From the human T2T-CHM13v2.0 reference genome, Homo sapiens: a stretch of 64,000 bases of DNA. The stretch is from assembly GCF_009914755.1 (NCBI RefSeq), contig NC_060926.1, one strand, 5' to 3'. A model generated the notes under the pieces. It did not search any database. It worked only from the letters and a program-made list of their open reading frames with translations, and was not told where the DNA came from. A program made the position numbers and the translations under genes. Below are positions 50,090 through 64,000 of this stretch, piece by piece. Within the stretch, counting starts at the first letter, position 1. Every line of letters begins with the position of its first letter.

Positions 50090-50285
50090 GAGAAATGAAT
50101 ACCTAGAGTTGAACCCCAGTTCCACCAGTTGGCAGCTGGTCACCTTGAGCCAGTTACTGAATCTTTGTGCCTCAACTTACTCATCTTTGAAATGGGAATA
50201 TTGATGATCTCTGCTTCATAAAGATGCTATGAGCTTAAATGAGTTAATATTTGATTCTGCCTGTCATGTAGTGATTGCTATGTAA
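50090..50285 (+). mobile_element. MIR SINE
   Basis: acctagagttgaaccccagttccacc...ccttgagccagttactgaatctttgtgcctcaac...tgaaatgggaata. Confidence 0.7.
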
Positions 50286-51657
50286 GGTTTGCAGGGGTGA
50301 TGATGGCAAGGTGATGAGGAAGATGAAGATAATTCTTTTCTCTTGTGCCTGGCAGCATTTAGCACAGGCCTGGGCACAGAGCTGTTCTGAAAAGATATGC
50401 AAAGCCTAGGAGGACCACTGGGAGGCCCATATAATGCTGAACTGATTCACGTGGTAAAATTCCCAACAACACAAGGGACTCTTTCCATTTGGCTATGAAC
50501 TCTCATTCCTTCCTGGGAGTAGGCTGCCTATGTTATTGTGAGAATAACTAAAATATCTCTCAATCCAAATATTTAGAAGTTGTTGACCGGGACGGTCAAA
50601 GGGCTGGGCAAGAATGGTTATGTCCTACTGCCAGGCTCTGTGTCCTGAGAACAGTGGTCAGAGCTAGCTTGCCAGGTTTCCTTGGTGGGGGAAAATTAAA
50701 AAATTACAAAAAGGCACTCCATTCCTGTGTCAGAAGGGGACTGGGCCCTGCTGGGGTGGACAGGGTGGGAGGAAATAAGCAGGGGGCCCACAGAGGGAGG
50801 TTGGAGCCCCCCAGAACACTTTTTGGTCTTGAATTAAAGCAAGCTTCATCTAAATTCTTATTTTCTTCTTCAACAGACTTTTCCTAAATGTTGTGGATTT
50901 TTGACTCAGGGATTTGCTGGGTGGCTGGTGACCTTGTGGGAGAAAAGAAAGCATTCGGAGCATCTAGGCAAGAAGACGCTAGAGTAAGACCCAGGCCTGA
51001 GGCTGAGAACTACAGTGGCCTTTCCCCAGGAAGGCTGTGTTCTGGTTCTTAGCCCCACAACAGCTGACTGTAGAGAGGATCTGGCCTGTCAACAGTCTTT
51101 GGGGGGACACAGAGTTCTAACTAACACTGATCTGCATTGACTAGAGAATTTATGTGTATTGTTTGACTTCAGCTCTCTCCGGGGACCCAACACCCCTGCT
51201 ATGGTCCAGTGACCCCAGCTACTTTGCTCAGAATTCCATTAGGGACTTTAACTTCTATGGAGTTAAGGTCTGCTATGGAGGGAAGATCTGAGGTATGTTC
51301 CTGGGAATGGCTGGGTATAATCTCAACCTTAGACAAAATGGGTCACAAAGGAAATCCCAGAAAGAGGGATGAGAGAATTAAAAAAAAAAAAATCTCACAT
51401 TCACAGGAAAGGCCAGGTGAAATGTATGGGACCGGAGGGAGGAGGAGATCGATGCTGACTTTTCTGAAGCAGAGTCTCTGGTCTGGCTAGTTGAATGCAG
51501 CTTTGATCCCACAGACAGTGAACAGGCAGGAGACATCCAACATTAAGTGCAATGAATCACATAACTTCATTCTAAAATCCAGGGGACCCTTTCTTGGCAA
51601 ATGTGGAGGCTCTGTCCTAAGGGGTCAGTGTGAGCCAACCTTAAGAATACAGTTTCT

Positions 51658-51977
<320 letters not shown>

Positions 51978-52212
51978 AAGAATATAGTGTTCCTGGCTGT
52001 GACAGGGCCCTACAAGCTGCTCTCCAGAGTGTTGTAGAGCTTTTGTTGGTATGGTTGGATATCTGTGGCATTTTGTGATTGACAATGATCCTGCTTGAGT
52101 AGTTTCCCATGGTGGCAGCAAGATATGTATACAGTGAGGAGTGGTCACAAATGCCCAGGGGAGAAGTACAGGCTAAGCTGTGCCAGAGGTTCTCAAAATT
52201 TAAATTTTAAAT

Positions 52213-52622
52213 GTGACTCAAAACAACAACTATTTGTTTACCTCATGATTCTGTGGATCAGCAATTTGGGCTGGGATTATCTGGGCAGAGCTCTGCTTGG
52301 TAGATTCTGGTTGGGGGCTCCCATGCATCTACAATCAGAGCCTGAGCTGGTTGTCTAAAATGGCTCTGTGGGATGGCTCGACTCTGTTCCATGTGGTCTG
52401 TCATCCTCCATCAGGCAAATCTAGACTTTATTAAATTACAGTGGTGGTAGAATCCCAAGAGAGCAGTTGGAAACATGCAAAGACTCTTGAAGCCCAGGCT
52501 TGGAACTTGGATAACGTCACACTCTCTGCATTCTATTATCCAAATCAAACCACGAAGTCAAGAAGTACTTCTCGATGGGAGAGGCTGCAAAGAATTGTGG
52601 CAATTTTTTTGCAATCGATCAC
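52213..52622 (-). mobile_element. MLT1-family LTR
   Basis: aaaacaacaactatttg...ctcatgattctgtggatcagcaatttgggctggg...gatgggagaggctgcaaagaattgtggc. Confidence 0.7.
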
Positions 52623-54089
52623 AGGTGTCCTCTGTGCTTTTGTTAGCTTTAAGGATTTACTTCCAGCCTTTTGAAGTCCATCGAATCATTCATGAAAGGA
52701 AAATCTGAGAAGAACCCCAGTGTTTGAGAGATTATAAGAATTCCTTTCTAATGTCAAAAATTTCCAAGACCCTTAGAATAGTTCATGGATTTCTACATGA
52801 ACTCTAGAACCATACTCCTAGAGTTTGAAAAATTACTTAATAACTAAAAGTTCCTATACATTTGAGGAAGTTTTGAAATAAATTTGTATCTTTTAATCAT
52901 AACATCATCAGTATGCATTAAAAGTAGTAGTTAACATTTATATGAAATAAGATATATAAGGCTACAGGCATAGATTAATGTGCAAATAGCCTCATGGGCC
53001 GTTTGTATTAATAATAGCTCTGAGATATAAGATCCAGAGCTCATAGGGTGGGAACCACTGTTCTAAACCAAATGAAGAACTGGCCTAATGTCATTGAATT
53101 TTATGCATCCTTGTCCCCTTGGGCCATGGACACTTACATGTACTTTCCATTTGTGGAGACTGCACTAGAAACTGCCCTGGGTCCTTTATATCCACTCTCT
53201 TGACTCCCAAACCATCTTTCCATCAAACCAACCAGTGAAGTCTGACATTCCACTATGGAAAAGTCATATCTCAAGTTTACAATTTCCAGGGTTAAGGTGC
53301 AATTCTCCTGGGGGTGCAAGGGCACAGTGTGTGGTCACTACTGGTGGCTTACTCTGCAACCCCTCACTAGAGTAGGAAGGTGGAAGCAGCTCTACTTGGC
53401 CACTGAACAGTGGTGGGAGACTGGAAGTCCTCTCCCCAACTCTGGGCTTCTGTTTTCTTGCAAAGAAATGAGAATTGAAAAGGCCCTTTTAGGAAGATCA
53501 AGGCTGAAATGAGTGGCAATAAAGAGAAGTGTTTTCCAGGCCAGGCACAAATAAAAACTAGTTGTCTCTTTCTCCTTCATCTTTCTATTTGATCTTATTG
53601 CTCTTCCCCTCCCTAATCTCCTGGCAGTGGTATAGCCACCTCCTCAGTTGGAAAAACATTGACTCTGAGAGTCATATCCCTTGAAAAACCTTGGCTGGCA
53701 CATCGGTGCTTCACATTTGGGGATTTGACTGTGGGTTTAATGCACTAGGAACCTGCAATTCCAGGACAGAGCATCCTAGTGAGTGCCTAGGGCCTAGTCA
53801 CCCTGTGGCACAGCCTCCTCAGATATGCAGGGTGAAGCAGAGGCAGAAGACCACAGGAAAGGAGCCAGGAAGACAGCAGGAAAGAGCTGAGGTCTCTGTT
53901 TCCATGGGCGTTCCCCTTCTCAGCTGTGTGTCTTGGCGGCCAAGCTACGCTTCTGCTCTTTGATGCCATGAAATACTTTGTTACTGTCCAAATCATCTCC
54001 CTTTTGACTTAGGGCCAGTTTGAGTGGAGTTGCTGTTGTTTTTTTTTTTCCTGGCAATCTTGATAAAGACACATTAACTTAACAAATTA

Positions 54090-54330
54090 AGACATATTCA
54101 TTTGACATTTGTGCGTGCCAGGCTCTGGCAGCTGCAACGTTGAAGCCATGGCCTCTGCTCTCCTGAAATAAAGTCTAGTACAGGAGGCCAACACATGAAC
54201 AGATAATTACAGTGTAGTGTGAAAGTGTGGCATATGGGAGTCATGGATTGATGAAGAGAAGAAAGCACGTAGACAGGAAAGGAGGAGTCAGACAGCTAGG
54301 TTTGATGGGCCACCAGGAGTTCAACAGAAG
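54090..54330 (-). mobile_element. L2 fragment
   Basis: catattcatttgacatttgtgcgtgccaggctctg...aacagataattacagt. Confidence 0.45.
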
Positions 54331-56003
54331 CAGTAAGATCACAAACAAGGAGCTGGGAAACAGCAGTTCTCAGAACTGACAGATATGGAGGTTGGGTATT
54401 GCCCTGGTGTAGATGAAGGCAAGTGAAGGTGTTGAGAAGCTGAGGCCAGGTTGGCAGAGCTAGGTGGTCCAGAACTGCTCAGAGAAGCTTCCCAAGCTTG
54501 CTCTTGGCTTGTGACTGCTGAATTACAGAGATCGGAACAGGTGTGATTTCATTTCCCATATTTTCAGCAAAGGCATACAATTGAACAGTGTTCTTATCTG
54601 AACTGACAAAAGACCATCACCAATTTATATAATAGCACCCTTTAAAACATTCCTGCCAAATGTTCTCAATATTGAACAAAAAGATTTTGGAATCAAAGCA
54701 AGGTAGAAACAGGCCTCTTTCATAAATGGTTTCCATCTTTGCTGCTTCACCTCCACCACTCACAGATATCCCTCGCTTTATAGGCAAAGACAAATGTTTG
54801 GAAACAAAAATGAAAAATGGTAAAAATGTTCCTATGTTGGGACACTGTCATCATCCAGCCACGTGACTTGGCCAGCATGCTGTCAGATGTTTAGGGCAGC
54901 AGTGGGACAAGCTCTGGAGGCTGCAGAGTGTGTGTCCCCAGGTAAGCAACCACACTTCCCAAAGTATGAGGCTGTTATGAAGACCTGGGAAATGAATCCC
55001 CTCCAGCCCCCCTCGGAGAGTCCCATTTCTAATGCCACCTCTGTCAGCCAAACTCATGTTAGCATCAGTTTATCATAAAATATGGAGCAGCCTGTAACTT
55101 TCATTTTTCTCTTTCAACTGGGATATTAAAAGAGGCTTTAACATTTCCTCCAAAAATGCATTTCAGAGTTCACATTTCCTCCCGAGGGCCTGCTGTGAAT
55201 GAAGACTCCTCATTTCAAGCTTGATTTAATCCAGGAAGTGCCTGGGAATCAGATAATGCCAGCAACAACCAGCAAGCTAAAAGAAGCTGCTCTAAAGGGC
55301 TTCTTTGCTGCATTTCTGCTCTAAAGGGCTTCTTCCTTGTGCATTTAAGTCAGGGGGTGGTCATCTATAGAATGGTTACCTCCTGCTGTCATCTGTATAC
55401 CCTTTATTCCTACTGCCACCACCGCCTGTGGCACCATTCCCACCATCACATCAGGATCATCACCACCGTGGACTCTATAGTCCTCCCTCTGTGACCTGCC
55501 CCATCATGGAAGGCTAATTAACACGAAGGACACACCATCTGCAGGTCTGCATCCTTCCTCTCCCCCTCATTCTCCTGCAGAAACAGAAGCAGCAGAGGTT
55601 GGTCTAGAAACTCCCTGGGGTACCACATAGAATGAGCTTCCAGATCCTGTCCCCCTGGGAAGGGGATACAGGTTAAGAAGCTGCACAACCCACCTTGCAA
55701 ATAGAGGCTGATCAGCACTATAAATCCTTGAATACAGCAGCTTCTTGTTCGTTGGGAGTCATGAGTACTGAACCCACATTTCCTGGATCAAAAATGGAGT
55801 GACATATGTTCATTGATGGGGCCAATAGGACAGGGTGTTTAAATTTCAGCTTTCCTGGAAAATCCAGGATGTTAGGATATTGAGGAGAAGGCCAAGTACA
55901 GTGAGTTCTGCTCCCAAGAAGACCATGGTGGTTGCAGGCCTACGTGTGACTTCTCAGCTTTTGGATCTGGGTAAGTTACTGGTGGCAGACCCTCTAGAGA
56001 CTA

Positions 56004-57548
<1,545 letters not shown>

Positions 57549-57614
57549 AAAGCTGTTCAGCTCATAGAGACGGAGTCCTGCCCAGGGAGATGGCGAGATT
57601 GTGTCCCTCTGAAG

Positions 57615-57785
57615 CAGTAGTTCTCAATCAAGGGATTTTGTTCCCCAGGAAACATTTGGCAATGCCTAGAGACATTTTTAGTTTTCACTATTGGCAAAGA
57701 GATGCTGCCAGCCTCAGAGGCTGGGGATGCTGCTAAACATTCTAGAATGGACAGGACAATAGGAAACTATCCAGCCCCAAAAAGT
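57615..57785 (+). mobile_element. MER20 (second copy)
   Basis: cagtagttctcaatc...catttggcaatgcctagagacattttt...ggggatgctgctaaacat. Confidence 0.8.
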
Positions 57786-58768
57786 AAAACCAGGGGAGGG
57801 AGACTGAGGCAGTATAGCCAAGGCCTTGGAACAGCGTAATTAGACAGCCAGCTTTGAAAATGGGAAGGAATTTACATAGAAAGAAGGCGGGCAAATAATG
57901 AAGTTATGACAGAACCCTGTTTTTATAAGTGCCTGAAGGGCAGCTGGAAGGGACCTGGGTCTGGCCTCTGTGGGACATTAAGAGGGCATGAGTGTAATCA
58001 GCTTCCAGTGAGGTCTCTATCAAATGAGGGCCTGGACTCTGACTGATGCCTGGAAAGTTAGCCTCAAGGAGAGCTTTCCTCTCATCAAAAAGTCAAGTGG
58101 CTGGAAGAGATGGCTTCTGGCACTACACACCCAGGAGCTGGCTATTTTCGAGAGTAGGAGGTATGTGGGAGAAGACTTGGGGATTTGGGTCTGCATGCAT
58201 GAATAAATACCAGGTGTGTACCCTGTACCCCCAGATCTCAGAGCCTGGCAGAGCACACACCCCATGGCAGATATTCTCAACTTGGCCAAGACAATGCAGC
58301 CCCTGCTGTGCCCTTCTTCTGAGCCACACAGACCCAGTGAAGGACTGGGTGTTGCAAAGGGCATTTTCCCATTTCCTGGGCTTGGCCTTATACCTGGACA
58401 AGGAAAGGAGTCACCTTGTCATATGGTGTCAGTAGATGTAGAGTGCCCTGCTCCCACATCTGCCCTTCTCTTTGCTGCCTGAAAACCCTCTCCTACTCTA
58501 GGGAGAGTCAATGTCAGAATGAAGACCCCTGGGAAAGACCCCAGTAGCTTATCCCTCCTCTGTTTCTGGCTACACCTCTTGGGTGAGATTTGAGAACACT
58601 GGCCCCTGAGGAATGTTATGTGGGCTCAGATTGTGAACTCTTTGAGTACAAGGTAGGGACTCGGTGTTATTTCACTTTGTATCTCCAAGCCCAGTGAGTC
58701 CAGGAATGGTGCTCTATGTAAGATTGGATAGATGGATGGATGATGCATGGGTGGATCAGCGGAAGTGT

Positions 58769-58816
58769 GGATGGATGGATGGATGGATGGATGGATGGAT
58801 GGATGGATGGATGGAT
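58769..58816. repeat. (GGAT)12 tetranucleotide STR at the tail of an L2 3' fragment (~58625-58760)
   Basis: Perfect ggat run; upstream agattgtgaactctttgag...ctttgtatctcc is L2-like. Confidence 0.95.
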
Positions 58817-61494
58817 CTGTAATGAAACAATGAACAACTCTGCAAGCCACTTGTTAGCCACCTGCAGGGTATGTGATATTTGTCTCCTTTTCCTGGTAAC
58901 TCCCATCCCAGGGGTTTCCCTGGGTGACAGGAAGGATTGAAGTGGAGGAGAAAGAGTGTCAGGAAGAGAGCCAAGGACGAGGCTGGGCCATGGCCAATAT
59001 TCCAGGATTGTTGGGACAGTGAACAGATTTGAAGAAGTAAAAATCTTCTCGGAGAATGATGCTGCTGCTGGCAAATGCCTCTGTGGGTTCCTGGACCTGG
59101 GCCTGGTTGGAGGAGGCTGAGATGAGTGGGGCATGGGAGGTACATCCTAGTTGCGGAGTCAGGTCATGAGCATGTAAAAAGTTAAATAGCCACACTAAGC
59201 TTTTGGCTCCATTGAGGATTATTTGATGATAGGAAATAAAAATCAGAGGAATAAAGAGTAAGAACAAAGGGCTGCTAAAGTGCTGCCCGGCCTCCTGGAA
59301 TGTGGCAAACTGTCAGGTGGTGCTTGTCCACCTTTGTCCCTCTGTCTCCCTCTGGGATGGCATTGCTACCCTTCTCTTCTTCTTTCAGCTTAGGATCCTT
59401 CTCTGGGGCTTCCTCTGCAAGGAACTTCATTTCTGTGCTCTTAGAACTTCAGAATTTCAGCTCTTCCAGGATTTGGGTTTGCTCTGGCACCTAGTGTGAC
59501 CCTAACTCTACGTGACCTTTCTGTGCCAGTGCCTTAAACTTTTTGTACTGTAGCTTCTGTATCTTTTAGTTCAAATTCTGGAGTGAGTAGGAAAAAGGAA
59601 AGAGATCAATTAGACTGACTTACCTTGATCATATGCTATCCCTCTCCTCCCACTACCAATCCCAGTCATGCAGGCCCACAGCTGGGGCTGTGTTGAAACT
59701 CACATGAAAGGGACATGGGCAGTGGGGATATTTCATCAAAGACAGATGCAAGAGACACTGCAAATGCATTTTGAATGAGGGAGGGGAATTCCCAGGAGTT
59801 TGGGCTGACCTGTGACATGGGGGGAGGACTCTGAGGTATGAAACCCATTAGATAGGGAGTATGGAGAATAGGAAGTTCACTAGGTTCAGGGATTAGTGTT
59901 TGGGGGATGATGGGAAAGTAGGTTTGGGACTCACTGAGTTTGTCAAAGTCTTGAAATAGGTGCTTCATTTAATTGAGTGAAGTTTATAGGGATGCAGAAG
60001 CTGCACGCACATTCCCTTCTGGGGGATGCTGGGATATAAGGGCAGGGTTCCCAGGACAGACACCTGGGACAGGTGCCCTGGGATGCAGAGATGTAGATTT
60101 GAAAAGGTTAAACCACAGTCACTCGCTGTGAGTGGGGAAAGAATCAGGCCACATGGTTTCCTCTAGTCTGGCCCCAGGAAACATGTTCCGAGTTCCTTAA
60201 GAGACCGTTGAAATGGAAAGAGTCTGTTTGTTTTGGGAGCCCCCAAAAGACCTCCACTCATTGAGGTCATCTGAAGTGTGGCTGGAAGCCCAGCTAACAG
60301 TTCAGAAAAGACTAGTTTCAAAGCCAATTCAGAGGTAAGAGGGTAACGACAAGGAAGAAGTCCAAGAAGCAGAGAGAGATATTCGAGGAAACACGAGCGG
60401 GGCAAGTTCTACAACTATGAAGAAGAGAATCTGAGCTGCAGGGCCCCGGAGGAGGGGGGAGAGTCCTAGGGGCTTGGAATCCAGTGACTTTCCAGGATGG
60501 GAGCCCAGGGTCACAGGTCACTGGGATTGGTCTCTAGGGTCTGGAGTAGTGTCGAAGACCAAGGTAACTCAGAGGGAAGATTGAACCTATGACCTTCCAA
60601 ACACTGTCCAGGAGGAACTCTGTCCTATACCAGAGGAGGCCAGTTTAACTCAGAAAATATTTTAGGGAATGAACTGGTATCAGGAAGAAAACCAATGGCA
60701 TATTGAGCAGTTGTTTGTCTCCTGGAAAAATCCATCCAGTTCAGGTGACAATAATGAGGAGGGCAGAATGGGTGCAGGCTTTCCCCCAGTCTGGAAGTTC
60801 TTGGGCATCCAGCCCAGAAGCACCTGCACAGACACCAGCCCCGACTCTTTCCTGGCTCAAGTGACTCCCCAGGGCCCTGGACATGTAGGGGAAGCTGTAA
60901 GGAAACTCTAGCTAGCAATGCCTGTTGGTGGTAATTGATCTGGCTAGAGGGTCAATGTGAATCATTAACTGAGAACTTATGACAAATTTCTGCATGTTAT
61001 TATCTCATATTTGCGTTTGAAAGTCATCATCCTGGGTTGTGACAAAGGGGTATGCTCAATATAGAATTCCTGCTCTGGTTGAGAAAGTAGCTTTTGGCTG
61101 TGAAAACGACAGACTGTCAATTATCTGTGTTTCAGCCTTCACATTGAATTTCCTGCCCTGCTGTGAGGCAGTAACTAGCCACGCACCCCCTCTCAGTCTG
61201 CTCCATGCTGATCAGAAACATTCCTGTCCCTCTGTCGGAGCCATGACAATTCTGTTGAGGCAGAGGCCTGGATTGGAGCCCCTCTGCTTCCCTGGCCAGG
61301 CAGAAGCTCCACCTGTGGAACTCAGCCCCAAAACTTTTTGGCAGAAGAACAAAAAGCAATTCTGATTGGCTGAGCATCTTAGGAGTGTTGTGGCCCAAAT
61401 AAATGCTTATTGTCATGGTGACAAGTTCAAGCCAGGAGTGACTGGGCATGAGGTGGATGGCAGGGGATGGATGGGGAGTGCATAGACATAGCCT

Positions 61495-61680
61495 GGAACA
61501 ATTAAGACCACAGGTTCTGGAGTTAGAGTTGCGTAAATCCTTGCTTCACCATTTACTAGCTGTGTGTCTTTGGGCAATTTGCTGAACCTCATTAGCCTTG
61601 GTTTTCTCATTTGTCAAATGGGAATAATAACACCAACATCAGACGGTTGCGCTAAAGATTGAAGGGAAAAAATGCAGACA
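61495..61680 (+). mobile_element. MIR SINE
   Basis: aaatccttgcttcaccatttactagctgtgtgtctttgggcaatttgctgaacctc...ttttctcatttgtcaaatgggaataata. Confidence 0.8.
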
Positions 61681-61979
61681 AAATACTGCTCCTCGAATGT
61701 ACTCAAAAAGCATTAGCTTTCTTAGTGTCAACATTGCTGGTGCTACATTTGCACTCTGCTTGATTCTCAACGTCTGGTATAGGCAGCGCATGGAGGCAGG
61801 GAGAGCTAGCTGCATGCTTTAAATAACAGATCCATGAAGAATCTGTCACGTTTTGGAGACGCCAGCCAAAAAACATCTTATTTTCAGCCAAGCACTTTGT
61901 TTATCCAGCTACAGAGTGTGACCTGTTTATCAGAGACAAGGACACCCCAGCCCCATTTTTGTTACTTCTCAAGAACTAC

Positions 61980-62276
61980 GGCTGGGTGTGGTGGCTCACA
62001 CCTGTAATCCACCACTTTGGGAGGCCGAGGCAGGCGGATCACGAGGTCAGGAAATCGAGACCATCCTGGCTAACACAGAGAAACCCCGTCTCTACTAAAA
62101 ATACAAAAAATTAGCCGGGCGTGGTGGCGGACACCTATAGTTCCAGCTACTTGGGAGGCTGAGGCAGGAGAATGGCATGAACCCGGGAGGCGGGCTTTCA
62201 GTCAGCTGAGATTGGGCCACTGCGCTCCAGCCTGGGCGACAGAGGGAGACTCTGACTAAAAAAAAAAAAAAAAAAA
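61980..62276 (+). mobile_element. AluY (moderately diverged)
   Basis: gatcacgaggtcagg, atcgagaccatcctggctaacac, gaatggcatgaacc; A tail. Confidence 0.92.
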
Positions 62277-62992
62277 GTACAGCCAGAGGAGAAAATTAAG
62301 TTGTGGCTTGGTTGCATCCCAAGATACAGATGTTTTCCTTTTTGATAGGCACCTTCGCCCTTCCAGGGGCCCAGTAAAACACCCAAGAACTGAGAATCAC
62401 TTATGGTTGTTGGAGGAACTGATACCCTTTGAAAGAGGGTTGAGAACAGTGCGAATGTCATGTGATCTCTGCTATGCACAGAGTAGAAGGAACAAACCAA
62501 TTAACTAATGGAATGTGGAGCATCTAGGGGAACTGCAGGGGCTCGGAAAAGCCAAGAAGAGCAGCAAAACGATCCCCACGTGGACAGGAGACTGCTGCTG
62601 AAGTGTGGCCAGAACTAAAACTCTAGTGGCTTTGACAAAATCTGGATCATTCTGCCAAGTTCTCTTTATTTTTGTTCTAGGATGGGCACATCCCTCTTTG
62701 AACAGCTAAGTTCCTATATCAGAGCCCAAATGCCAACCTTAATTCCTCTCTTTCTGGAATCCCAAGACTCTGCCCAGGAAGGCTTTGCTTTCATGCTGTC
62801 TTCTGTAGCAGGTGCACCTGGAAGTAGCTCCTCCACTGAATTGTCAGCCCAGGCTAAGGACACCAAGTCTCACCCAGACTTGAATCCTTGAGACAGGAGC
62901 AGATTTTTAGTGGGTGCCTAGCACATCCAATGAAGGATCTCTGGGAAAGTTGTGCAGTCCTCAATTAGCAATGTCTTCCATGGATTGGGGCA

Positions 62993-63080
62993 CAATGAAT
63001 AATGAATAATGAGTAGAATAATGAGTAATGAGTAGATGAATAATGAGTAGAATATGAGTAGAAATGAATAATGAGTAGAA
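62993..63080. repeat. Degenerate (AATGAAT/AATGAGTAG)n tandem repeat
   Basis: aatgaataatgaataatgagtagaataatgagtaatgagtagatgaataatgagtag... Confidence 0.85.
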
Positions 63081-64000
63081 ACAGACAGGTGAGGCTTTCT
63101 TAGTGCCAACATTGCTGCAGGTCACTTGAGCAGTTGCCGAAGGTATAGACTAGACAGCCGTCTTTGGATTGGCAGCTAAGAATTCTTTCCCTTTGTATGA
63201 TTTGCTCAAACTCTCAGCTCAAAGCATGGGGGTCATGAGAAATCACCAGCAAAAGGAGGGTAGAAGAAAGAGGGAGGATCTGGTAAAGGCCAATGTTCTT
63301 TCTCAGCTCCTGTTTGATCTGGTCAAAAGCAGATGCATTTGGACTCAGCCTGGGGAAGAAACCTCTGCATAAAAGAGACAAGCTAGGCCAGGGAGATTCC
63401 TGGCTTCTCCACCACTCAAAAAAAAAAAAACAAAAAAAAAACTGGATGCAAGAATTTCCACTGCAAATTGCTGGCCACATGTATTCTCCATCTAGAAATC
63501 ATTTGTTAATCAATGAGTGCAGTTTTTTTCTTGGTATGTTGAATCACATCTGGAAATGATCTATCCCCATAAATTGATGCTCAGGAGATGATTAAAAAAT
63601 TCTGATTGTGCCCAAATGAGTATGGAAATGTTTAATAAGGAGCTGGGATCCTGGGATGCCTGTGAGGCACATTCTTGAATCCTCATAGTCTGGACCTCAC
63701 TTTGGGCAAAAGAGACCAAGTGGAGGATTAGGGAGGTGCTGGCTCAGTTTCTGTTTCCCACTCTAGTGTGGAGCAAGAGACCCCTGCTCCCCTGCTCGCC
63801 CTTCTCTGTCCATCTGGAGCCCTCCTTTCTATTGCTTTTTTCCCAGGGAGGACGAAAGGCAGGGAGGAGAACATGGGGATGACAAAGCATTGGCATCTCA
63901 CAGAAACACCACGAGGATCTTGGCACATGGGGACTATGATTCTGTTTCACCCTTGGAGAGGTTAAGCCATGCTGTAAATCTTTTTGCGCCTGCAGTGCCA

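Noticed and set aside
52184-53060. Single hAT element bounded by cagaggttctcaaa and gggaaccactg, split by the MLT1 LTR
   Set aside because: TIR-like ends are present, but the flanking 8-mers (agctgtgc / ttctaaac) do not form a TSD and I cannot assign the interior

Overview
Primate genomic DNA, almost certainly human because it carries an AluYa5 with all five diagnostic positions. The window looks non-coding (intergenic or deep intronic): I recognise no protein-coding exon, tRNA, rRNA or CRISPR array, and I cannot name the locus. The only ORFs with recognisable protein similarity are fragments of LINE-1 ORF2. Much of the window is transposable-element derived: a full-length THE1C/D MaLR provirus, solo MaLR/ERVL LTRs (THE1A, MSTA, MLT1, MLT2), six Alus, a 5'-inverted L1PA, old L1M/L2/L3/MIR fragments and DNA transposons (MER58A, MER1A, Tigger2b, MADE1, two MER20). 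There is also a 1.5-kb TG-rich tract and several microsatellites. Between the repeats are unique stretches with candidate regulatory motifs (CTCF, AP-1/ETS, NF-kB, nuclear-receptor DR1) and possible recursive-splice-site motifs. I found no evidence for a new multi-gene biological system; the findings concern insertion structure and candidate cis-regulatory or splicing signals. Repeat subfamily names come from recalled consensus sequences rather than a database search, and boundaries of old elements are approximate.
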